Part shown: positions 46,277 through 59,427 of the stretch, in pieces
Layout of the letters: every line of letters starts with the position of its first letter
Position numbering within the stretch: the first letter of the stretch is position 1
From: Owenia fusiformis
Lineage: Eukaryota
Direction of reading: 5' to 3'
Assembly (NCBI GenBank): GCA_903813345.2
Contig: CAIIXF020000001.1
Coordinates: 42,160,001-42,224,000, forward strand
Length of the DNA stretch: 64,000 nt
Position numbers and translations under genes: made by a program
The notes under the pieces: model-generated
Databases searched by the model: none
Told to the model about the DNA's origin: nothing
What the model saw: the letters and a program-made list of their open reading frames with translations, nothing else

Positions 46277-49200
46277 ATGCCTCTTTTTGGTAAGAAGAAG
46301 GAAAGTAAAAAAGGTAAGAGTGTTAAATATGTGTAGAATAATATTTGAACACTATGCTATCAATAATTGTCAGTGTTGAAGCGATTTCTAAATGGTGAAC
46401 TTTGGTCGGGTTTCTTATCAAATTTACTCAAAATAATCCATTGGGTAAACATTGATTGCAATTGAAAAGTCACTTTTCAAGTCCATGGGTTTATGAATCA
46501 TTAATGACTGTACTTATACAAGAGTACTTATACAACAAATTAGTAATATCAAATCGTAAAGATTCATAGTCTACACTTATTCGATCACTAGAAGAATAGT
46601 CAACATCTATTCGATCACTGTAGAGTCTATATAGTTTGAGTTGTACCTCATAAAAAAGATGTCAGGAAACAAAGGTTTGTGCATTACAATTTTAACTAGA
46701 TCTATGTATGGATAAATTGTGCTTATATAAATTAGTTTACCCATGAATAATGTCTTCATATTCATATTCACAGTTCACATTTATTGGATTTAGACTCTGT
46801 AGATACATTTTCTGTAAAGTTGTGTCATAAAAAGTCAGGAAACAAAGGTTTGTACATGTAGATTACAATTTACATGTTAGTTTAAAAACATCTATCATCG
46901 GGTAATTAATAATTTGCATTTTCTTATATTTTATGAAGTTTGAACTTGAACGATAAATTGAAGAAGGTCCATGGTGCATAGTTTGAAAGTGGACAAGTTA
47001 ATGTTCCACAATACCACAGGAACATGCTAGTTACATATTAGTACTTTTCTGACTGAAGCCTGTATTATTTAGAAAGTATATACTTTCTACATAATACAGA
47101 CTTCAGTCATGCACTATACTTGGACTTCTACCACAGAATGCAACATTTGCTCAGTATGAACACATTTCCAATATGGTGAACTTTTTGTTGGCCCTAAAGT
47201 CGTTCAAATAAAATTTGAAGGATAAAAGTGATAAAATCAAGAAAACAAAAAGGGAAATTCTTCTACCGTAAAAAGAGCGACCTTGAAATGAAGACAAACT
47301 GTCATAATTTCCAGTTGATCCCCAGTGTATATGAAATTATATTTTTTAGCACCACAACCCGCCTCAGGATATCCCGCACAGAGTTATCCTTCACAGAGTT
47401 ACCCTGCTCAACCACAACAGGGTTACCCTCAACAACAACAAGGTAATTTAACTTAATGATTAGTCCCTGGACTATCCATCAGAAAATATACATAAATAAT
47501 GAAGAATACATACAATATATTTGTGTTATATATTTTGCACTTCTGTTTGTCCTCCAGGTTTCTTTTAATTCAGTTCTCACTTTATGTGTATTATTCAACA
47601 GGTTAGAACAGTGGATATTTACAACTACTACAAGTACAGAGTGACACAAAAATACCACTCACTAATTTTGAAATAACTTTCTCAATAATTAAAAATTAAG
47701 TCTTCATGATTTTCTAATAAATTACATTTTTGAGTGGTTTTGAATCAGAGCATGGTTCCGCAGAAAATGAGATATCTCTCAATTTCCAAGTTGTTGATGC
47801 TCTGCAAGCATACTTATCTTTCCTCCACTGAACACTCTGTCTAGACATAAAAAAATCATGAAGATTCCTTAATTATTTTGAATTTTTGTGTCACCCTGTA
47901 CCACATGGTGCCAACTTTGACCATTAATTTGAATTTTAGACCTACCAGGTATTTTGTTTTCCTTTGAATGGAACAACTTAAAAGAAAAACAGTGCAGTAT
48001 GAGACTTTCAATTCAAATTAATGGTCATAGTTGAGACCCTGTGTGTACATTGCCACAATATATAATTGTACTTTCTTACTTCCTGGTATGGTTTTCCAAA
48101 AGTTGATTTAAAAAACTATCGGTAATTAATGATGGAAATGGGTAAAGTTTGGATAATATTTCAAATGTAACAGTTTAAAGGCTACAGGGTGAGCCTAAAA
48201 AGGTAACTCAAACACAAGTGTTAATAACCCAGTTATCCAGCATGGATATAAAGTCATATTAATCACAATTGAACCTTTTTCAATGTCTATTTTAAATTGT
48301 CACAATTTGATAGCCATTTTCCAAAGTGTGCTTTAGATTCTGAAATGTGCCAAAATCATCCAATGTGAACCAGTTTAAAGTAAATAATAGAACATGAAGG
48401 CCGCTAGCAAAAAGAAAAAAATATCAGAGGTTTACATTTGCTCAGTATCTAAAGTGCTCAGCTAGCACTTTTGCTCATAGAACATAAACGGGAGCGTATA
48501 GGTTTACATTTGCTGTTCAGGTCATAAAAAATTGTCTTGTTTAATTTCTCTATTGTCTACAATGACAGCCCTAGAGGCACCAGAGAGTGGAAACAAGAGA
48601 TTAGAAGGAAGATGAGAGCCATCACATAAGACATCCTTGAGCGTGTCAGAACAACTTCACCCAATGCATTCAATTTTCCTCCAGAGAAGAGACAGGCATT
48701 TTGAGCATTTTTTGCAAAATGGCCTAAGAATCATGAGCATTTGGAATAGAGCAAGGAAACCTATAGTAGAAAGTACATTGAACAAGGTTTAATTGTGCCA
48801 AATGTTACCTTACACCCATGCTGAATGACTGACTTTGTTTGGGTTAATTTTTTGGCTCCCTATGTATTTCAGATTTTTATTTATGTACTTTTAATCCATC
48901 AATTTAAAATTAAAATGTTCATATTCATTGACTTGGCATTTCATTTAATTATCATAAATACAAGTTAAAAACAATTATTGACAGCGTTTGTTTGTGATTG
49001 CAGGTTACCCTGGAGCCCCTCCACCATACGCAGCAGTACCAGTAAGTTGAACCTTAGACTATAAGCATAGTGTATTGAAAGTTTGGTTCATTTGATTGAT
49101 TTTCTTAAAAGTAAATTAAAAGGTAATTTTTATGATGACTGAGTGTCATGTCCCATGAACCTCTGTAACTAAAATACTATTGAGAAACATTTGTGAAACT

Positions 49201-50073
49201 TAGTTGAATTCTGGGTTAAGAAATAGGTGACTAACAACGAATTGTACAATGGGAGAAGATTAAATGGACTTCACTCTTTATATTATTGGATTATATTGTG
49301 GATTGCTGACTGTGGATTGCACCCACCTTTTTCGTTTCATTCTCATTGTCACATGTCTTCAGCTGTTGTCCAAATAGAACTTCTTTAGATTTCTGTTTCT
49401 TCTTTTAGCCACAAGCTCAATATGTCCCACCACCAGGAGGTGCACCTGCACAACAAGGCATCCCTCCTGCACAGTATGGTGCCCCTCCCGCTCAGTACAA
49501 CCCCAACCAGACTGTTGTAGTGCAAGGGGGCTTTGATGCAGGAGCCAGGTTTGGACCAGGCACTGGAGCATCTGCTAATATCCCAGTAAGTGCATTTTAT
49601 TATTCATCTACGATCAATCCAATGGTTTTACAAATTGTTTTTGATATATATTTGAAAATGCATTGATTTCCTCTGAATCATTTCCAGCCGGTTGCTAAGT
49701 GATAATTTTACCTGTAGCCTATATATTATGTATGTCAAAATATACCAATATTTTGACAGGATTCCAAAATATATTCAGCAGGGGTCATGTTATTTTCAAT
49801 TTCAAACAAATTACATTACCCGTTTGTTCTTATAAATCACTGAATTATTATATTCACTTAAAACCTTATTTGCCAAGCTCAAACATGAAATCCAGTCAAT
49901 GTTTTGTTCCTTCAATTGTTCAATTGTTGTATTATTCATTTCAGCCACCACCCCCTGGTGTTGCACCCAATGCTGCCCAAATGGCTCAGGGACAAGGAGC
50001 TAATGTTGTGATGACTCAGAGACCTGACAACTTTTGGGCAGGTGGATCAGATGGAGGCTACACTGTGTGGTAG
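46277..50073 (+). CDS. DAZAP2: DAZ-associated protein 2-like, copy 1 (157 aa)
   Basis: Exons 46277-46313 (alternative 46659-46674), 47350-47442, 49004-49041, 49409-49585, 49945-50073. Pro/Gln/Tyr-rich with PPPY. The C-terminus GGFDAGARFG...NIPPPPPGVAPNAAQMAQGQGANVVMTQRPDNFWAGGSDGGYTVW matches DAZAP2. AATAAA at 50949-50954. Confidence 0.9.
47637..47898. mobile_element. Tc1/mariner-type MITE
   Basis: TIRs CAGAGTGACACAAAAAT / ATTTTTGTGTCACCCTG with TA flanks. Confidence 0.75.
47902..48043. mobile_element. ~140-bp MITE
   Basis: 34-bp imperfect TIRs CACATGGTGCCAACTTTGACCATTAATTTGAATT / AATTCAAATTAATGGTCATAGTTGAGACCCTGTG. Confidence 0.65.
48185..48864 (+). mobile_element. Decayed Tc1/mariner deletion derivative
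   Basis: TA-CAGGGTGAGCC start, degenerate TIRs, and a frameshifted transposase C-terminus VYNDSPRGTREWKQEIRRKMRAIT*DILERV...HFEHFL at ~48555-48714. Confidence 0.65.
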
Positions 50074-52707
50074 AGAGGCATAACAACACAGAAAACACAT
50101 ATAACTTGAAGTTACAGGATAAAAAGTTTTCTTTCAACTCAGATAAGGACATACTGTGTGATTTTGAAACACTATGATGCAACAGGAACTGACCAAAATC
50201 AATTTCAGTATTGAGGAAAACACTAGAAGGACTTAATGTATGACCTCCATTGTTCACCATTAGCTTTGTGGAATGCTCTGCTCCTGGCATTAGTGTATAC
50301 AATTCATGTAAAATTCATGTTGAATGATTTTAGTGGAACTTTAACATTAATTAGGAACCTGAGTTTTTGTAACTTTTGATACTGTGATTTTGATTTCAAA
50401 GAAACTTTAAACTTTGTACAAATTAATATATACTCTATATTGTATATATTATTATCAGTGATGCAAGAACACGTTGTATATAGATGTAGATATATGATGA
50501 AGACTTAATAGATATTGATCATTTAGCTGTGATGCTCATATTAAAGTAAACATACTCTATATTTTCATATTATCCAAGATTACTTTTAACTTGAATTATG
50601 TGATTTACTTGTGTATTAATTCCAATGATTTAAGTAATGTATTCTGTGTTATCTCTTTCATTATGTGTATGTGTTAGGTGATAATATTTTAATCAATTTC
50701 AGACCGGAGGGTTTTTATCAGTACATAATGTGTATAGAGGCTTTGTAAGATGTTTTCAATACATTTACAATATCATCCTAACGGCCTTCTTGTATCTAAT
50801 TTTTGTAGTAAAACTCTGAAATGATATATCAATGCAAGTTATGGTGGTGGTAATATTGTTCAAGTTTGAAATCCATTCTGTATTCAACTATTCAATTTGT
50901 ACCTCCAGAATGTGCAGTAATATTACAGTGATTGTTAAGATTTAATGAAATAAATATAAATATGTTAGTATGTGCAATCTTTCTATTGTGTTTCTAAAAA
51001 AACTTGTTTGAAGGACCTACAAGGTGTTTGTTTTTGTCAATATGATTAATGTTGAGACGAATCATACATCCAATTCTCAGCAACTAGAAGACTCAGAAAT
51101 TCTTCTTCTAAGAAGTGGCTTAGTCCACAGGCCCACAGCAGTATGACAAAGCAGTAGTATGCCAAAGCAGTAGTATGCCAAATGACAAAGGATGAGTTCT
51201 GGGGATCAATTGTCATGGAGATAAGATGTAAAGGGGTTGAGTTGTCCGGTTACTGATTCAAATATAATTAGATCATCATTTTCTGGCCTACGTGACATAT
51301 CCTAAAATGTTCAAACTTTAATATAGAACCTTTCCAATGTGGCATTTGCTTCCGTGTTCTGTATACCCCTCTACCTGCGAAAACCTCAGCGAAGTAGATT
51401 AGAGTCTCTGGAACACTTTATTTGTAAATAGTTTTCACAAGCAATTTTGTTTGTGTATCTCAAGTTTTGTCCTCGATTTCAGTCATAAATTGCGCCAATA
51501 TAGCGTGCAAATCTTGGGTAGACGTTGCCATTCCCGGATGCCCAAACGTGTCAAGAACACGTAGCTATAGGTACTCGATGATCTTGATTGACCATCATGG
51601 TGCAGAGAGTGGCTCCACGAAAACAAACATCGTATATAGGCCAAGCAAATGGGCTCATAAAAGGCCCAAACATCCCAAAAATTGCAACAGTTTTTAAATT
51701 AGTCTTATATTATGTATTAATATCAGTTGAAAAACATATCAAAGATATAGAAAAATATATGCAGTGGACAAATATGAAATTTCACTTCCTAGGTACCCCC
51801 TACAACCCTACCCCAAAATTGAGTATTGGTAGGAAACAATTTTTTCTTCCCAAATGGAATACTTTAGTCAAGTATTCAAGCTTTATTATGATAGATCACA
51901 TATTCACAAATAATTAAAATATCATTTTAATCAATTTTGAGACCAGTAATTGGTCATTTGACCCCAAAGTTTAACAAAATAGGCCACAAAACAGGCATGT
52001 TATCACATATCATTATTCTATTTAGATATTTTAGGATCCGTTTGTCAGAAAAGCATGAAAAAAATCATGGTGTTACATATTCATATGAACTTCATATTTG
52101 GTGAGTGTCAGAATTCTAAGATGTATACTTAGGAAGAAAAAAAAAATTTCATTTTCATAGTTTTGCCCCGCCCACTATAGGGGAGACAATAGTTTTGATG
52201 ATTAACTCCCACAATGGATCACATTTGTATTAGAGTTGACATCTAAATCATTTATATAGGCTTGTCATCATCTAAAATACAAGTTTTGTGAAGGTTTATA
52301 CCTTATTAGTATGAAAAATAGGAATTATTAGTTGCACCAGGTGAAATGTTAAGGTGACCTCACTTTTATTTGATGAATAATTACATATCACCACTCTGAT
52401 ATTAGAGTATTTGATAACTGCTCTATACTAGGCTTATCTAAATAATGTATGTTGTAGTTTTTGTGGAATTTAATATTGTTTAAAGTATTAATTACAATCC
52501 GCAATTGCAAAATTTGCATATATTTAAATTCATCTGATAAATAAATCATTACATAAGAGTACATTACTATGGAACTATCAATTGGATGTATAATGCTGTA
52601 GAAACGAATTTATGGTTATTAAACGGAATTTAAATTAAACTGACAGAGAACATTAAAATCTCAGATATCTGGGGAGTCTTTCATTTATATAATTTCAGTG
52701 CATAGGA

Positions 52708-52953
52708 ATGATGGTAATTCTGTCTGTCAGGTTGGAAAACATTGAGTGTACATGTGCTGCATTCAGAATCGGATGCAGATATTGTGATTGTGAAAACTGC
52801 AATCCAAAGTGTCCAAATCTCAAATACAGTACTCATACAGATCTCCTTGTGCTTCTCATTTATCATGCACAAAACACAAACTTCAACATTTTCTTCAAAC
52901 CTGAACCAAAAGCAGCAACCCAAGAAACAAAATGTTGGAATATAAATGTGTAG
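52708..52953 (+). pseudogene. Frameshifted XPG/PIN-like nuclease fragment of a large DNA transposon (Academ-like)
   Basis: Joining two frames gives LSVRLENIECT-VLHSESDADIVIVKTAIQSVQISNTVL-TDLLVLLIYHAQNTNFNIFFKPEPK, with the DAD and (D)TDLLVLL acidic motifs of XPG/PIN-like domains. Element ends not identified. Confidence 0.5.
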
Positions 52954-54187
52954 TATTGATGCCAAGGTGATAACTGGACTTGCAGATTGAAATTGATGCT
53001 TTGCCAACTTGACCCTTGCAAAATGTTTCATTGAAATATATTCTTTTAGTGATTTTGTATCTTTTGGGTGATTTTGTAGAAAATATCTTGAAATGTGTGA
53101 AAAGAATTTAAAGATTCTCGCAATCTTTACATTATCCAATCAGCGTTTGCGATGTGTATCGGCTCAAGTATAAAAGGCGAATCCAACTCAAATCCATGCA
53201 GGGGTGTATTAGGTACTCGAATAGGAAAGAGCTCGTGAAATCCGAATTTATATGCACATGGTCAATGTTTACACATGTTTGGAGTTATTGAAGAAAATAT
53301 GGGTCTGGTTCCGGATTTGAAGTCATTGCTGGAAAATATGATTTTAATACGTGAAATTATATCTATAAATACAGCACTAAAAATAACAGTACACATGAAG
53401 TACATGTATGATTGTGTCCAAAAATGTTTGAAACCCTTACGGAAAATTCTGTCTGCATTTTGCCACCATTGCTCTTTCTTCCCGCATTCTAGTGCTGTTT
53501 GAATGAATATATTAATTAATGTATTTCTAATTAAAATATATCGCATTTTTTTATAAACCACAAACATTTAGATCATAATAAAAAATTATTCAATACTTGA
53601 GTGAGCACGATATGCAAGGGTTACTAAGTTGACACAGTAAATGACCACTGATATTGTGTTAGTCAATGCACACAGCGTATTCTGCTAATAATACACATTA
53701 GCTAACACCCCCCACTTTCATAGTGAAGTGACTAATTGGTTTATCTTTACGTTTTGATGTGTTTTGGGTTCCTTGTTACAGCAAGGGGGGCCAGTAAAGT
53801 AGACTAACATGTTTGCATGGCAAATTTTGATCGAACATGTGAGACACTTTAAGCTCAAGACTCAATGCAACGCGGCTGCTTCATTCCACCCAGGCGGTGT
53901 TTCCCAGTTTCCTGAACAAAGATTTGGAAACAACACCTTCAATGGAACGATTCAGCAACAATGAGTCCAAGGCTTACATCCTTAAATATTTGGCAAACAT
54001 TACTTCATAGTTTATTCAAGTACTTAAGGCCTGTTGAAAAACTATATGGATTTATGAACTGTACAGAGACTTAAATACGGTTTATTGATTATATTTGGTC
54101 AGACTCGGAGGTAACTACATAAGAAATCCGTATGAAATAAGAAAGCTTCATCTTAAACATTTAACATTTTTGTTCACTATAAAAGGG

Positions 54188-56874
54188 ATGTCTGGAAACA
54201 AAGGTAAGTTCTAATGATGATCTTCAGCTACATGTATAGTATACAAATAGTGACTACCATTGAGGGCAATAGTGTAAATTATTTCCCCGAGGGAATATCC
54301 TCTACAATGTACTATTCCCGAAGCCGCAGGCTGAGGGAATAGTACATTGTAGAGGATATTCCCAAGGGGAAATCATTTACACTATTGCTCGAAATTAGGC
54401 AGTCACTATTTGTTTTATTATATACCCTATACTGACTCTTGTCCCGTTTCCTCTGCGAAGGCCAAAAAGGCTTAGAAAGCCCCCTTCCCGGGTCCATTGT
54501 TAGCATTATAAGCTGTGACGTCATCAGATGCTCAACAGAAATTTTTGCCTCTGAGACTCTCACTTGACAAATTCAATCGCGTTTAACACGCGGAATAGAT
54601 TATCATGAAATTACACAGACGTATTGAGCTTAGGGAACTTTATACACGTTGCTTATACTGTATCGTTCACGCACGTCTGTCATGGTGAGCGGAGTTGATT
54701 TGTGTTTGTGCTCATCCTCCATTTTTCTGTTTTTCGTTTGCGAAGTGATGATGCGCAGACGTTTCCAAGGGTAATAGAAGTTGCAATCGTGACGTCAGCG
54801 GGCAATAGTTCAAATGCATATTCCCGCTGACGTCACATTTGAGGGAATATAACTTTCCGAGGGAAATAGTAAATCTATTTCGGAACACGTGACTAGGTAT
54901 TGACCAATCAGGATTAGTGTTACATATTGGGTATATAATAATATGCCATACTTTACATGTACAGGTCATCTTCGTCGTCCAAGGTGGTTATAACATGGGG
55001 TTGGGGCAACTAAAACCTTATGCAGATGTCTTAAGATAAGTTCATTACAGGTACATGTAGCATTGTCCAGTGATAAATGAGTTAAGTCGTCTATGTGTTG
55101 GAGTATCTAGCATATTCGCTTGGCAACCAATATTTCCTGGGGTCAAACTGTGTTTGGCAAATGATGGGAAACCATGTAAATTGAAAAGACATGGTCTCAT
55201 GATGAGACATTTGTACATAATGTTTATGAAAAAGATCGATAGCAGGATAGCTATCAAGTAAACTATTTATTTTAGTCAGTTGGATTATCTCTAGAAGTTG
55301 TATATAATATTTGTCGCCTTATCACTACAATGTTAAATATAATCTGGTGGTTGTGTTTAACTATATTTATTTCGACGTTAGTCGCCAAAATCAATGATAA
55401 GGTAGAATCGTATGTTTGTTTTTCGGTTAATAGATTTAATCCACGAATTATTTATTTATGTTTGTTTTTTGCAGGTTATAGTAGGGAAGCACCACCACCA
55501 TATTCAGCAGTACCAGTAAGTGAAAACCTGAAAAAGCACCACTGGTGTCCTATCCCGGGGGGTTCACTCTAAATAATTTGGGTAAGCATGTGCAGCAGGG
55601 GCAATTTTGGCTTAGGACATAAAACATGGAAGCTGGCCAATCTGAGAGGAAAAAAACATGGAAAATTTGTCGAAGAGAGAGCCTTTTTAAGTCAAAAAAC
55701 AGTTTTTCTACAAATAATGGTAATAAATCGGTAAAATCAGTTGGTGAGGTCTGGGATAAATCACCTAAAAAGTGGATTTCATAGTTATTCACCAATATTT
55801 CAGGAAATTCACTCCCTTTCATAAGTCCGAGAGGAAGTATACATTGAAACTTTCAATCTTGAGAGGAAATTGACCTGAAAAAAAAGCTAAAAAAGGGGGT
55901 CTTTGGCGCGGCACATAGGTATAAAGAGGTATATTGGAGTGAACCCCCCAGGGTGTCCTATGCATTTGAGAATCATGTAGTAAAGTAAATCTTCATCCTA
56001 GAGTAAATATAGTGAAACTAAATTCTAGGTTAGGGTTTTAAACAGAAGTAATAAAATCGCATGCACAATACGCACTCGGAATATCTGTTTACTTGTAGCA
56101 ACAAGCACAATATGTCCCACCACCAGGAAATGCACAAGCACAGTATGGTGCCCCTCCAACACAATACAAAGCAAACGAGACTGTCGTAGTGAAGGGGGTA
56201 TTTGATGCAGGAGCTAGATTTGGACCAGGCTCTGGTGCCAGCATTCCAGTAAGGAGATTTAATAAATAATTAATTATTAGGATAAGGAAATCAGAAATAC
56301 TTCTAATTGAATACACCTAGCTTTCTAATGACAATAACGGATAAAGGTGTGTGTGTGTGGGGGGGGGGGTTCATTCCCAGGCTAATTGTACATCAAAACA
56401 TCAAATATTCTATAGAGTATATCATGTGCTTTGTCACTCAAACACCTCATGGACCTGGTTAAAAAGGGGCGTTAAGTTTAGGACGAATCAAAACAGGTTC
56501 TTTTTACTGGATTGAAAAGTGCTATGGCATTTTCTGCTTTTGAATAAATGTTTAGACGTTTGTGCAGATATATTTATGTTTTATATGTCTCCGGTTTGTG
56601 GATGGTTTGCTTGCCATCGAGATTAGATTGTTTCACATGGATTTTTTGCAGAGGCGAAACAAGCTAACTTCGGGTTAGCTAATTAATTTAAATACAATGT
56701 ATTCATCACTGCTTGTCTAAGTTGTCTTGCTTTTATTTATTTAAGCCGCCACCCCCGGGTGTAAAGCCCAATGCTGCCCAAATGGCCCAGTCCCAAGGAG
56801 CAAATGTTGTGGCAACACAGAAACCCCAAAAGAAATGGGAAGGAGGATCGGATGGAGGCTACTGCTTGATGTAG
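54188..56874 (+). CDS. DAZAP2: DAZ-associated protein 2-like, copy 2 (111 aa), tandem paralog
   Basis: In-phase exons 54188-54203 (MSGNK), 55475-55515 (GYSREAPPPYSAVP), 56099-56248 (...GVFDAGARFGPGSGASIP) and 56746-56874 (PPPPGVKPNAAQMAQSQGANVVATQKPQKKWEGGSDGGYCLM-stop). AATAAA at 57162-57167. Confidence 0.85.
54237..54940 (-). mobile_element. Crypton-like non-autonomous element with the architecture of 15757-16302 in reverse orientation
   Basis: Terminal hairpin with ~80-bp arms at 54243-54413; the adjacent TATTATATACCC (54416-54427) is complementary to the far terminus GGGTATATAATA (54929-54940); GACCAATCAG box near that terminus. Confidence 0.6.
55554..55953. mobile_element. 400-bp MITE with CCC-poly-G termini and an 8-bp TSD (superfamily unassigned)
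   Basis: TIRs CCCGGGGGGTTCACTC / GAGTGAACCCCCCAGGG; TSD TGTCCTAT (55546-55553, 55954-55961). Confidence 0.85.
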
Positions 56875-57296
56875 ACATATATATAGTGTCATAAATCTAC
56901 TAGTGTCTTTAATGTGCATATAACTTTTTATACTAGTAAAGATCTAATATATTTGGTCGATTTAATCACAATGAAAAGATGTAGCATTGAATATCACTGA
57001 TACATATGTTCATCCTATTGATGATAGACGAAGAAGCATACATGAATAGGACTAGAGTAGAACATGAAATACATTACATTGTATGATTGTTTTTAATGTA
57101 TTGCATTTAACATTGTATTTTAGAACGGTCGATGTCTTAATTAGCTATGTAGAATCTATGAAATAAAGTAATGAATTCGAAAAGGCATACGCCTCGTTTT
57201 ACATTAACCTCTTTACGTTTCAAAAGGAGTATCGTCGGCTATTGAAACATCGACAAAATCACTTGTATCAATACAGGGTGATCTGACAAAAATGTA

Positions 57297-58345
57297 CAGG
57301 GTGTTCAGGAAATAAAGATAATGATGTCATAACTTTTTTATTTGTTCATGGATTGCATTGAAAGTTTCAGAGATTATAGTTACATATTTTAAGTTATTGT
57401 TGGAGTTTCAGCCTCAGGCGATTTGATTGGTTGATTCTGCGGTTGTCATAGCAACGCAAGTAGCGCTAAGGCGGGGCAGGTGGAATAACTGCAGTATATT
57501 AGCATGTTTTAAATGTTTTTAAAAGAGATTCTATCCGTGTTTATGACTAAAATGGATGCTTAAACATAGTTTTAACTATAAACCTGAAACTCTTTGCCAA
57601 TTCATCAATTTATTAATCTCCTCCATTCTAGACACAAACTCTTTGCCAGGCTCTTGAACCTTCTTCAAATACTTCACAGAATTCTTCTTGACTCATTTTC
57701 TGAAGTCTGTTCAACACATGTGAACGCATGACATTAGTATTCTCTAATGCATGTCCTCTTAAGTCCCGTTTTGATTCAGCAAAGAAGTATAGATCATTTG
57801 GCACTAGGTTGGGTGAATAAGGTGGATGCTTGAGTTGCTCTAATCTCGGATGCTCAATTTTTTAGTGATTATGGCAGCAGTATGAGAGGGGGAAATGTCC
57901 AAGTGGAAGAGAAATTGCATCCCAGGTTGCTTTCTATGTAATGCCTGCATTAAAACATGAAAGTCCCATTGAATATCATTAAAAAAGCATTTATTTGACT
58001 TTTATATCATAAAACAAAACAATAGAAGAATTTTATCATGGAGTTGCACTAAGAAAGCTTTAAATATGGAGTCAAAATCGGTTTGCCATGCTAAATGTTA
58101 CACAGAAACTACTGCAGTTATTCCATGTGCCCCACCTTAGCGCTACTCGTGTTGCTATGCCAACCACAGAAATGACAAATCATGGGCTCTATCAGTAGAG
58201 CCCATGGACAAATCAAATCGCTTGAAGCTGAAACTCCAAAAGCAAATTCAAATATGTTCAAACTATAATCCCTGCAAATTCTATTGAAATCCATGAATAA
58301 ATAAAAAAGTTATGACAGTATTATCTTTATTTCCTGAACACCCTG
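57297..58345 (-). mobile_element. Internally deleted mariner (DD34D-like) transposon
   Basis: TIRs of about 210 bp starting CAGGGTGTTCAGGAAATAAAGATAAT with TA flanks. The minus-strand remnant FLFHLDISPSHTA...LKHPPYSPNLVPNDLYFF (~57620-57925) resembles mariner HDNARPH / HPPYSPDLAPSD. Confidence 0.88.
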
Positions 58346-59427
58346 TAACCTTCTAGTTTTGGAATAACAATTTGAATAATGATGGTCATTTTGCCAAGTC
58401 CTTCAATGATACAATAATGAATGAAGATTTAATGCAGTTCTCCCTGTAGTTTTCACAATTCAATTTTTGTGGGTCATCCAGGTAAGGAATTGTAATATAT
58501 ATGTACTCCGCTTCATTTATCATACCAAATATAAAGCCAGTATTGTGTATGCATGGTTTGTGGTGAAGATCCATTAGGGGCAGTATCAAACTCACAAATG
58601 TACAATGCAAATAAAATCAATGAAACACTACATGAACTACTTAAATGTAAATAAACATTATAAGCTGCTAATGAAGCTGAAACCAACAAAGGCAACATCC
58701 TTGATAACAAGACCAGGTGTAAGTGATATTACAACAATACACGTTACTAGATATATAACAAGCGCACCATGATCAGTCATAGCAAAACACGTTAATACAA
58801 AATATGAGATATAAAAAAATATAGAAATACACGTATAAATATAAATGGTTAAACCCATTGTCCACTGCAATGGTTCATATGTAAGTTCTCGAATGATGCA
58901 TAGCCATTTTGCTGGGTTGATTCACAGATCCGGAGCCAGATCCAGCCCCTATTGGTAGTAGGCTCAAAGGATATTTATTGAGCCTAGACACAGACATGAC
59001 AGAGGAGGTAATCTGGCAAAGGTCCGTGGGTTGATTAGTGATTGCTCCACTTGCTTGTTGTTCCACCTAATTGTGACGCATTGGTCAAAGGATATATCCA
59101 TGGCCATGGTTGCCTATCAATTCTTCTTTTAATATTGTCTTTCTGATTCTGCCATCGTAGATGAGGGCTTGTGTTAGATCATGGGCTTTCAAGAGAGGTT
59201 AGATATTGTTTATCGGTTGTTGTCTGAATTTGATGAGTTAGTGTATGGTATTTAATGTTGATGCAAATAGGACACATGCTATCTATTGCAAGTCTGATCG
59301 CGACTTTAGCTCAATTCTATCAACTAGGCAGTTTCAATACATGTACATATTGTATGTCTCTCACAGTGTTCAACTGCTATATATATCTCGTCATTTTCGC
59401 TTCTTCTCTGCAACTTATCTCGCTGGC

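Noticed and set aside
53709..53725. CACTATG (ProtoRAG-like heptamer) on the reverse strand near the XPG-like remnant
   Set aside because: No matching partner TIR or TSD found; a 7-mer is expected by chance.
56860..56874. Canonical CaaX prenylation box in DAZAP2-like 2
   Set aside because: The terminus is Y-C-L-M, so the Cys is at -3 rather than -4.
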